Part shown: positions 1 through 5,129 of the stretch, piece by piece
How the letters are laid out: every line of letters begins with the position of its first letter
Numbering within the stretch: the first letter of the stretch is position 1
Virus genome (UHGV): UHGV-0387548
Strand: one strand, 5' to 3'
DNA from: a virus
DNA length: 5,152 nt
Program-made: the position numbers and the translations under genes
Notes under the pieces: generated by a model
Told to the model about the DNA's origin: nothing
The model's database searches: none
What the model saw: only the letters and a program-made list of their open reading frames with translations

Positions 1-822
1 ACTACGTCTAGTTGTGGTTGTAGTAGTTCCACCACGCCTAGAAGTAGTTGTTACATCAACACCTGGGATCCAATCAGCAAGTTGACTCAGTTTATCTAAT
101 ACATAATCAAGATTTTTAGCACCTGTTGAATTTTCCCATGCCTTTTCATCTTTTTTCAATAAAGACAAAACAACCTCAGCTTGCTCATTTTCTAACTCTA
201 TACCTTTAGCATCTAATCTGTTTTTAATAATTTCTGTCTGTGCTTTTAAACTATTCGCTCTCAAAACATCCTGTTGCAACTTTTCAGTATTAATTTTATG
301 AGATGCCAAAGCATTTTCTAATTGTTTTCTAGCTCTATCATAAGCAAACAAAGTATTGTTATTTTCTATTGCAGTAGCCTCAGCATTAGTTTTTCTAGCT
401 TGAGCATCAATAATTTTGCTTTGTGAATCAATAACTTTACCTTGCTTTTCTTCATTAACAGTTTGTTGCTCCTGTAATTTAGCACCTGCTTCAGCACTTT
501 TGCCTTGTTGTTTTTGCAATTTTGCAGTACTAAGAACAGAAATAAGTTCAGGATTGAAATGCTGTAACTGTGCTTGTGATCCTGCAGGAGTCGTTGCACC
601 TGCACTGGCGTTATCAACTGCCAAAAGTGGATTTAATCCTGCATTTCTCAAATCTTGCATCCTTCTACTAATTGCAGTATTGCTCATCTCTTCCTGAAAA
701 CGTCTGTTTTTTTCTGCTTCATGTTTTGCAGAATTATTTCCTAAAATAGTACTAGCAATTCCACCAGCTGCACCCACTAAATCTCCTGCAATACTTCCAA
801 AACTAAAACCTATATTAATCAC
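1..822 (-). CDS. Microviridae VP2-like minor capsid / DNA pilot protein. N-terminal 274 codons only; the ORF continues past the window start, and it appears to use a non-AUG start.
   Basis: I translated the minus-strand frame by hand. It is open from the in-frame TAG at 825..823 down to position 1 (274 codons). It is not in the supplied ORF track because it is truncated by the window edge. The translation contains GFSFGSIAGDLVGAAGGIASTILG (Gly-rich hydrophobic N-terminal segment) followed by NRRFQEEMSNTAISRRMQDLRNAGLNPLLA. I recognise this as the conserved ERMSNTA...AGLNP block of gokushovirus-type VP2 proteins. The rest is a long Q/K/E/A-rich, probably coiled-coil, region ending in a Thr/Arg-rich tail TTTSRRGGTTTTTTRRS at the window edge. 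The first in-frame ATG is at 687..685, downstream of the Gly-rich segment. Candidate starts upstream of it are GTG 822..820, ATT 819..817 and ATA 813..811. Confidence 0.8.
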   Translation of the reverse strand, partial: MINIGFSFGSIAGDLVGAAGGIASTILGNNSAKHEAEKNRRFQEEMSNTAISRRMQDLRNAGLNPLLAVDNASAGATTPAGSQAQLQHFNPELISVLSTAKLQKQQGKSAEAGAKLQEQQTVNEEKQGKVIDSQSKIIDAQARKTNAEATAIENNNTLFAYDRARKQLENALASHKINTEKLQQDVLRANSLKAQTEIIKNRLDAKGIELENEQAEVVLSLLKKDEKAWENSTGAKNLDYVLDKLSQLADWIPGVDVTTTSRRGGTTTTTTRRS

Positions 823-828
823 CTACCT
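817..828 (-). promoter_or_regulatory. Ribosome-binding site AGGTAGGTGATT upstream of VP2 (exact copy of the ORF56 RBS)
   Basis: The minus strand 12-mer AGGTAGGTGATT (828..817) is followed by AAT and then ATA (813..811). At 5141..5130 the identical 12-mer is followed by GAA and then ATG (ORF56). The SD here also contains the GTG (822..820) that opens the VP2 frame, and it overlaps the TGA stop of the 44-aa ORF. Confidence 0.6.
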
Positions 829-953
829 ATTAAAAAAACAATAATTCCTGAAAAAATAGCTATTAAAAAAATAATACCTAAAAACATTACATAAAATTTA
901 ATTATTCCTTTAATAATTCTCACTATAAAATCATAAAACTCTTCTTGTTTCAT
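819..953 (-). CDS. Small single-pass membrane peptide, 44 aa (MKQEEFYDFIVRIIKGIIKFYVMFLGIIFLIAIFSGIIVFLIGR). Candidate lysis or membrane-targeting protein.
   Basis: The ATG at 953..951 is preceded by AGAGGTGAT plus a 4-nt spacer. The other genes here use the same SD and spacing. The N-terminal ~20 aa are amphipathic and charged. Residues 23-43 form a hydrophobic stretch of TM-helix length, ending in Arg. The TGA stop (821..819) overlaps the VP2 start region. The 78-aa track ORF (819..1055) is the same frame extended to a TTG with no usable SD. Caveat: I/F/L-rich ORFs arise easily by chance in 30% GC DNA. Confidence 0.4.
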   Translation of the reverse strand: MKQEEFYDFIVRIIKGIIKFYVMFLGIIFLIAIFSGIIVFLIGR

Positions 954-1074
954 ACATATCACCTCTAAGGTAATTGTAATATATTTTCTACAACTTTGTA
1001 AAGAAAAATCAAACAAGCTACAAAGCCTAACAGGGAAACAATATACTTGCTCCAATCTTCCACAACATCACCTC

Positions 1075-2019
1075 CTATCTATTTACATTCTTAAATGAAT
1101 TATAAATCTCTCTTCTAATTTTACCTTGTTGGAGAACCCAATCATAAATATCAAAATAGTGTAAATCATATTTATTCATAAGCTCTTTATTCTGCTCTTT
1201 TATTAACAAATCACATCTAGCCTTATACAACTTATAACATTCTTGAATAGCTATATTTTCTGTATTTTCACAATATTTAAGAAAACTCCGAGGTATACCA
1301 ACTTGTTTACCTCTACTATCTAAGACATAACCCAAGTTTAAAATTTGCTCATAGTTTGATAAAAAATAATCCAGTCCTAAAATCTTTTTAGGGTAAACTA
1401 AATATGGTTTCCTAACTTTCTTACCATTAACAACAAAATCATCTTGTTTAATTTCTCCAAACTTAACCATATATTTTGCCATATAAGGAGCTGTATGCTC
1501 ATCAACAGTACCAACTTTAACAAAACCTGCTCCCCAAACTTCCTCTAAAAATTTATCAATATACATATTATATTTCTTTTTAGATGTACCATAATATTTT
1601 AAATCTGAGTCTTTAGGTCTATAACCGAAAAGTATCATGTGAAAATGTGGGCGTCCATTCTCATGTCCATACTCACCACAAACAAGATACTTAATCTTTT
1701 TACCTTCATGATAATCTAACCTTCTTCTAAGCCTTTTCATGAATTTTTGAAAATAAGCATGATGTAAAGAACCATCTGGAAAGACCTCATCTATATAATC
1801 ATCATTAACAGTTAAATGAACAAACCATACTTCATTTTGTGCATAATTTGCTAACTCATATCTAACACGTTGTGCAAGTTGAGTTCTCCATTTTTTTTTA
1901 CAATCAGGACATCTACCACACGGCACAATAGCATAGTGCCACAAATCAGGGTTTTTACTATTAAATTGAAATTTATGTTCTACTTTATCCCAGTAAATTT
2001 TTAAAGGTGACATACACAT
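1075..2019 (-). CDS. Rolling-circle replication initiation protein (Microviridae VP4 / phiX174 gpA-like, HUH endonuclease superfamily I), 314 aa
   Basis: The ORF track protein contains RCR motif 1 (FVHLTVND), motif 2 HUH (RPHFHMILFG) and motif 3 with two catalytic tyrosines spaced by 3 residues (TAPYMAKYMVKF, compare phiX174 A YVAKYVNK). It also has a Cys cluster CGRCPDC near the N-terminus. The start ATGTGTATG is preceded by TAAGGTGAT, and the SD overlaps the TAA stop of the upstream 101-aa ORF. The stop is TAG at 1077..1075. Confidence 0.95.
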   Translation of the reverse strand: MCMSPLKIYWDKVEHKFQFNSKNPDLWHYAIVPCGRCPDCKKKWRTQLAQRVRYELANYAQNEVWFVHLTVNDDYIDEVFPDGSLHHAYFQKFMKRLRRRLDYHEGKKIKYLVCGEYGHENGRPHFHMILFGYRPKDSDLKYYGTSKKKYNMYIDKFLEEVWGAGFVKVGTVDEHTAPYMAKYMVKFGEIKQDDFVVNGKKVRKPYLVYPKKILGLDYFLSNYEQILNLGYVLDSRGKQVGIPRSFLKYCENTENIAIQECYKLYKARCDLLIKEQNKELMNKYDLHYFDIYDWVLQQGKIRREIYNSFKNVNR

Positions 2020-2028
2020 ATTATCACC

Positions 2029-2334
2029 TTAATTATCAAAACCGATTATAACATAAACTTCACCAAGTCCACGCTCATCATCATCAGTAGTTCTGACATA
2101 TAAATTAATCTCATAATCATCTTGCATATCATAAACAAAATCATCAACTAATGTTTTAAACATTGGATTATCAAATTTACGTCTAGACATATAAGAAGAT
2201 AAACCACACTCACCACCATCATTATAATAAAAATCAAAACTACCAAAACCATAATCTTTTAAATTATTTAAAAAATCAACTATTTTTATCATTTCTCTTC
2301 TAGTTAAAACTATTTGACCTTCTCTTAAACTCAT
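2029..2334 (-). CDS. Hypothetical acidic protein, 101 aa, translationally coupled to Rep
   Basis: It is a complete ORF in the track. It is the first gene after the large intergenic region on the coding strand. Its stop TAA overlaps the SD (TAAGGTGAT) of the Rep gene. By my count it has 20 D/E against 11 K/R residues, and it is rich in Tyr/Phe. Its SD (AGGAG) lies 14 nt from the ATG, which is a longer spacing than for the other genes. I recognise no motif in it. Confidence 0.55.
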   Translation of the reverse strand: MSLREGQIVLTRREMIKIVDFLNNLKDYGFGSFDFYYNDGGECGLSSYMSRRKFDNPMFKTLVDDFVYDMQDDYEINLYVRTTDDDERGLGEVYVIIGFDN

Positions 2335-2564
2335 CTTAATAACTCAACTCCTAATATATATTTTATTTATATTTAGAAAATTAAGTTTCAAATTAAGAAA
2401 ATATGTTTGAAAAAGTAACAAAAATGCCTTTAATTAACATTATATGTGGTTTGGTTATTGACTTGATTTAGATAAGAATTATTTAAAATAATTTTTCCTG
2501 AAAGGTTTGAAAGGATAATGTTATTTTATTTTTCTCTAATCAGCCATAATTCTTAATTACTTAA

Positions 2565-2588
2565 CTTTCTCTATTGTTTTTGTGTCAA
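2565..2588 (-). promoter_or_regulatory. Candidate sigma70-type promoter (weak -10), minus strand
   Basis: There is a perfect TTGACA at 2588..2583 (minus strand), abutting the base of the 15-bp stem-loop. After an 18-nt spacer the best -10 is only TTAAGT. This is hexamer inspection in AT-rich DNA, so false positives are likely. Confidence 0.2.
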
Positions 2589-2625
2589 GGGGCAATATAT
2601 AAAACAAGCATATATATTGCCCCTT
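2587..2625. repeat. Perfect 15-bp inverted repeat (stem-loop) with a 9-nt loop in the main intergenic region
   Basis: Plus strand: AAGGGGCAATATATA (2587-2601), loop AAACAAGCA (2602-2610), TATATATTGCCCCTT (2611-2625). The arms are exact reverse complements. There is no U/T tract after it on either strand, so it is not a canonical intrinsic terminator. It is GC-clamped at the base. Confidence 0.85.
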
Positions 2626-2660
2626 TGGGAAGAAACCCCATCGAAGTCTTTTCTCTCTCT

Positions 2661-2700
2661 TCTTGATATTAAATTACAACATAATAATTAATTTGTCAAG
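2661..2700. promoter_or_regulatory. AT-rich dyad element with a phiX174-origin-like core. It overlaps a candidate promoter (TTGACA-17-TAATTT, minus strand).
   Basis: Plus strand 2662-2674 CTTGATATTAAAT matches 11 of 12 bases of the phiX174 viral-strand origin core CTTG^ATATTAAT, as I recall it. The far end of the element (2691-2700, ATTTGTCAAG) is an imperfect inverted copy (CTTGACAAAT on the minus strand). About 25 bp of nearly pure A/T lie between the two copies. On the minus strand the same bases give a perfect -35 TTGACA (2699..2694), a 17-nt spacer and a weak -10 TAATTT (2676..2671). Confidence 0.35.
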
Positions 2701-2715
2701 TAAATAATTTTTTAT

Positions 2716-2792
2716 CGGTCTTTCTGCGACGCTAAAGACGGCTTTTAAGCATTTACAAAATATATACACGGTCTCTCGCCTCGTCGCTTTCT
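2716..2792. repeat. Two GC-rich imperfect direct repeats (iteron-like) in the AT-rich intergenic region
   Basis: Minus strand copy 1 is 2787..2769 GCGACGAGGCGAGAGACCG. Minus strand copy 2 is 2743..2717 (GCCGTCTTTA)GCGTCGCAGAAAGACCG. The shared pattern is GCG(A/T)CG ... GA(G/A)AGACCG, about 50 bp apart. Copy 2 also folds as GTCTTT (2718-2723) / AAAGAC (2734-2739) with a 10-nt loop. These are the only GC-rich islands in a ~75% AT region. Confidence 0.4.
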
Positions 2793-2795
2793 AGT

Positions 2796-2820
2796 AAAAG
2801 AAAAAAGCCCCTTTCGGGGC
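2796..2820 (-). terminator. Rho-independent terminator of the VP1/137-aa ORF transcription unit
   Basis: On the minus strand, 15 nt after the TAA stop of the 137-aa ORF, there is GCCCC-GAAA-GGGGC. This is a 5-bp all-GC stem with a GNRA tetraloop. It is followed by TTTTTTCTTTT. On the plus strand the same hairpin is followed by GGTATAGGG with no T tract, so it works in one direction only. Confidence 0.8.
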
Positions 2821-2835
2821 GGTATAGGGTGAATT

Positions 2836-3249
2836 TTAGGCCTTTGGCAATTCTTGAACTTCAGGTATAACAGTTGGAGTATCTGGAACAACAGGTTTTT
2901 CGATAACTTCATTGCCTTTAATTTCGTAATTATCAGGATTGCTACAATATTCAAAGAATCTTTGAGGAGTTCCAAACATTTGTTTAGCCTTATCATCTAA
3001 GTGTAAAAACTTTCTCTCAATCTTAGCTTTTTCATTTTGCCAATCTTCAAAAGTCCACTTCGAAGTATCATAATTATAAATATCATACACAGGAGTTCTC
3101 GGCGTTCCTCTATAATTTACTAACAATTGTTCTATCTCACACATAGACTTAAAGCTTTGGTCAGTTAAAGAATAATCATTATTGACTGTTCCTTTCTCTT
3201 TAGACCAAGAATCTTTATTAAAATATGTTACAAAAGGTATTTTTGCCAT
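2836..3249 (-). CDS. Hypothetical protein, 137 aa, immediately downstream of and coupled to the major capsid gene. Possibly scaffolding/VP3-like by position only.
   Basis: It is a complete ORF in the track. Its start ATG 3249..3247 is preceded by AGGAGGTGAgaaa, and that SD overlaps the TAG stop of VP1 (TAGGAGGTGAGAAAATG). It is charged and aromatic-rich and has a Pro-rich C-terminal tail (KPVVPDTPTVIPEVQELPKA). I recognise no family motif. It is followed by the intrinsic terminator. Confidence 0.65.
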   Translation of the reverse strand: MAKIPFVTYFNKDSWSKEKGTVNNDYSLTDQSFKSMCEIEQLLVNYRGTPRTPVYDIYNYDTSKWTFEDWQNEKAKIERKFLHLDDKAKQMFGTPQRFFEYCSNPDNYEIKGNEVIEKPVVPDTPTVIPEVQELPKA

Positions 3250-3260
3250 TTTCTCACCTC

Positions 3261-4871
3261 CTATATTCTACCAGCAAGTAAGCTAGGGTCAGCAGTAACA
3301 GGTAATGGTCTAGTAGCTTTAATGTCAAACCAAATGTCCATAATGATATCCGGCTCGTTTGGAGCAGAAAGAACACGTTCGACCGGTGTAGTACTTTCCA
3401 AGAATTTACTGTTAAGCTTTGGTAATGTCTCGAATTTCTCCGCTAAGTGCCAGACATCAAGAGAATCAGCAACTCCAGACCTCATTTTACCAGTGATTTT
3501 GTTTACACCTTCTCTTAATTCTCTATATCTTTCTTGATATCCAAAGACAGCATCATTAGTCGCTTTATCAGCAGACAAGAATATCTCTTTATTGTAGACG
3601 GCTTGGTCACCTAAATTCCAGAAAGCTGGGTTCATATAATCCCATCTCGAAGATTTATTAAACTTTCTTGCAACACCTTGTTGGTAAGTTACATCAGCAG
3701 AGGCACAACACATAATCATAAAAATTCCATGCTCAACTGCAGAAACTTCACAAAGGTTATTATTTTGTTGTCCTACTCCTATACCTGTAAGGTTACCTTG
3801 TGGGGAAACTTCATTCGTAGCTGAGTTTTGAACAACTGGATTAATAACTATGTCCGACGTACAAGAACCTAAAAATTGACTTCTACCTAAAAGGAAATCA
3901 GGGCAAGTTACATCATAGTGCATTTTAACCAATTCTGGATATCTCTCACCAGCACGGGCATCACGTTCAAGTAATACCTGTAAAGCACTTGCTTTTCTTA
4001 AAGCTTCTACTGAAACACCTGTTACTTGAGACATATCAGCATATAAATTACCACTTGCATCATCATTATTCCAATAAGGATCGTTATCTTTACGAATAGC
4101 AGCTTTAACTGATCCACCGGCTTCGATATTCTGAATATTCATAACAACATCATTATGACCTAACGAACTCCTAGACATGATAGGAGCATTACCAACAAGA
4201 GGAATCGTAACTGCCTCACCTGATTGAGGATATGGAAGGCAAGAAGTGAAATAATCTAAAGGTTTACCTTTCTTTAGAATATTATATGTTTTTAAAGTGT
4301 CTTTATCTTCCGCTTTATCACTTATAAGATTATCACCTGTAAATTCTTTTAAAGGCTCTTGTATCTCATTTGCTCTAAACCAATCGTTCCAGATTTTATT
4401 ATAGGCTCTGAATGGTAAAGCACTGACTGTATAATCACAATTAGTACCAGTAGGAGGGCAGCCAAGATAATCAGCTAAACCACCAACAGTATTTTCTGCA
4501 ACTTTCATATTAAGTTGGGGGACTAAATAGTCATTATGGTCATCTTGCCATGTTTTTTCACCCATGAAATTTAGGAAGTGTTTCCATAATAATCTGTTTG
4601 GGACCCAGAAAGCAAAGAATTTTAATTTCACATTATCCATTACAGGAGCAATGGTAGGCATCAATCTGCAAACAGATGCAACATCTACTTCAAAATGATC
4701 ACCTGGGGAAAGTTCTTCCCAATAGACAGGATAAAGATTATCGAAATCAATACAAGTTTTTAAACCTTCACTCAAGTTAAAAGTAGACTTCATACCTTTA
4801 GCCTGAGGTAGAATGTTACTATCAAGTATCACTCTATTGGGCATCTTCATGCTAAATTTTGCACTATTCAT
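3261..4871 (-). CDS. Major capsid protein (Microviridae VP1 / phiX174 F-like jelly-roll capsid), 536 aa
   Basis: It is a 536-aa ORF. The N-terminus aligns with phiX174 F: ours M-N-S-A-K-F-S-M-K-MP-N-R against phiX M-S-N-I-Q-T-G-A-E-R-MP-H-D. Also GDHFEVDVASVCRLMP against GDSFEMDAVGALRLSP, and FFAFWVPNRLLW against FTFYVPHRHVY. The size is typical for Microviridae VP1. The ATG start overlaps the TAA stop of the upstream 32-aa ORF (TAATG). The stop is TAG 3263..3261. Confidence 0.95.
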   Translation of the reverse strand: MNSAKFSMKMPNRVILDSNILPQAKGMKSTFNLSEGLKTCIDFDNLYPVYWEELSPGDHFEVDVASVCRLMPTIAPVMDNVKLKFFAFWVPNRLLWKHFLNFMGEKTWQDDHNDYLVPQLNMKVAENTVGGLADYLGCPPTGTNCDYTVSALPFRAYNKIWNDWFRANEIQEPLKEFTGDNLISDKAEDKDTLKTYNILKKGKPLDYFTSCLPYPQSGEAVTIPLVGNAPIMSRSSLGHNDVVMNIQNIEAGGSVKAAIRKDNDPYWNNDDASGNLYADMSQVTGVSVEALRKASALQVLLERDARAGERYPELVKMHYDVTCPDFLLGRSQFLGSCTSDIVINPVVQNSATNEVSPQGNLTGIGVGQQNNNLCEVSAVEHGIFMIMCCASADVTYQQGVARKFNKSSRWDYMNPAFWNLGDQAVYNKEIFLSADKATNDAVFGYQERYRELREGVNKITGKMRSGVADSLDVWHLAEKFETLPKLNSKFLESTTPVERVLSAPNEPDIIMDIWFDIKATRPLPVTADPSLLAGRI

Positions 4872-4969
4872 TAAAACACTCTCCTTCCACCTCTAGTGTA
4901 TGGGACAAATTGGGATTGGTACAAAAATGTTTTAGAAAACTGTATTCTTCTAGCTCTATTTAATCTCAT
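4871..4969 (-). CDS. Arginine-rich 32-aa peptide (MRLNRARRIQFSKTFLYQSQFVPYTRGGRRVF). Candidate J-like DNA-binding/packaging protein.
   Basis: Translated by hand, as it is below the track's size cutoff. ATG 4969..4967 is preceded by AGGAGGT plus a 6-nt spacer. It has 7 Arg and 1 Lys, no acidic residues, and an aromatic C-terminus. Its stop TAA 4873..4871 overlaps the VP1 ATG 4871..4869 (TAATG). The position immediately upstream of the capsid gene mirrors phiX174 gene J (38 aa, basic) upstream of F. Confidence 0.5.
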   Translation of the reverse strand: MRLNRARRIQFSKTFLYQSQFVPYTRGGRRVF

Positions 4970-5126
4970 TATTTACCTCCTCTTTTTCCAAGTTATTAAT
5001 AGCTCTAACAGCTCGTACAATGAATTCAGAAAACGAAAGATTGAACTTTTCATCTTGTAAGAAACCACCTCTTTTTAATTTTTTCAATGTCCAATAACCT
5101 TGAACAAGATCTATAACATCATTCAT
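4956..5126 (-). CDS. Hypothetical 56-aa protein (MNDVIDLVQGYWTLKKLKRGGFLQDEKFNLSFSEFIVRAVRAINNLEKEEVNNEIK)
   Basis: Translated by hand. ATG 5126..5124 is preceded by AAAGGTAGGTGATTGAA, the same 12-mer SD context (AGGTAGGTGATT) as at the VP2 start. An in-frame TAG lies just upstream, so the start is inside the window. The stop TAG 4958..4956 overlaps the start of the 32-aa ORF by 14 nt. I recognise no motif. Confidence 0.45.
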   Translation of the reverse strand: MNDVIDLVQGYWTLKKLKRGGFLQDEKFNLSFSEFIVRAVRAINNLEKEEVNNEIK

Positions 5127-5129
5127 TTC

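Noticed and set aside
366-617. 83-aa minus-strand ORF
   Set aside because: It is an alternative frame wholly inside the VP2 reading frame, which carries the conserved pilot-protein motif. It has no SD and an I/L/K-rich chance composition.
416-697. 93-aa plus-strand ORF (Cys-rich: CCSCNLAPASALLPCCFCNF...)
   Set aside because: It lies antisense to the well-supported VP2 frame and has no SD. Its Cys/Leu-rich composition is typical of the reverse-complement frame of a coding region, so I treat it as an artifact.
819-828. Programmed -1 frameshift fusing the 44-aa ORF to VP2
   Set aside because: VP2 is in the -1 frame relative to the small ORF, but there is no slippery X XXY YYZ heptamer at the overlap (TTAATAGGTAGGTGA). 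Non-AUG initiation or reinitiation is the simpler explanation.
819-1055. Full 78-aa version of the small TM ORF starting at TTG 1055
   Set aside because: The TTG lies ~15 nt from the only upstream SD and the N-terminal 34 codons look like random AT-rich sequence. The internal ATG at 953 has a textbook SD and spacer, so I call the 44-aa version.
2439-2467. Consensus TATAAT on the minus strand (2444..2439) as a promoter -10
   Set aside because: There is no acceptable -35 (ATCAAG/TCAAGT) and no TGn extension. In ~75% AT DNA an isolated TATAAT is not significant, so I keep it only as a weak possibility.
2587-2625. 15-bp hairpin as an intrinsic terminator
   Set aside because: There is no T/U tract downstream on either strand, and the loop is long (9 nt). 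The true terminator is the separate GCCCC-GAAA-GGGGC-T6 element at 2796..2820.
2745-2996. 83-aa minus-strand ORF spanning the 3' end of the 137-aa ORF, the terminator and the GC-rich repeats
   Set aside because: It overlaps a better-supported ORF in another frame and reads straight through a strong intrinsic terminator into the intergenic region. It has no RBS.
3322-3537. 71-aa plus-strand ORF
   Set aside because: It is antisense to the major capsid gene, has no RBS and shows low-complexity composition, so it is a spurious ORF.
4815-4827. Coding-strand ACTTGATAGTAAC inside the VP1 gene resembling the phiX174 origin (ACTTGATATTAATAAC)
   Set aside because: Only an 8-mer core matches, and this is expected by chance at roughly 0.3 occurrences in an AT-rich 5-kb sequence. 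Noted only because it is on the coding strand. There is no supporting context.
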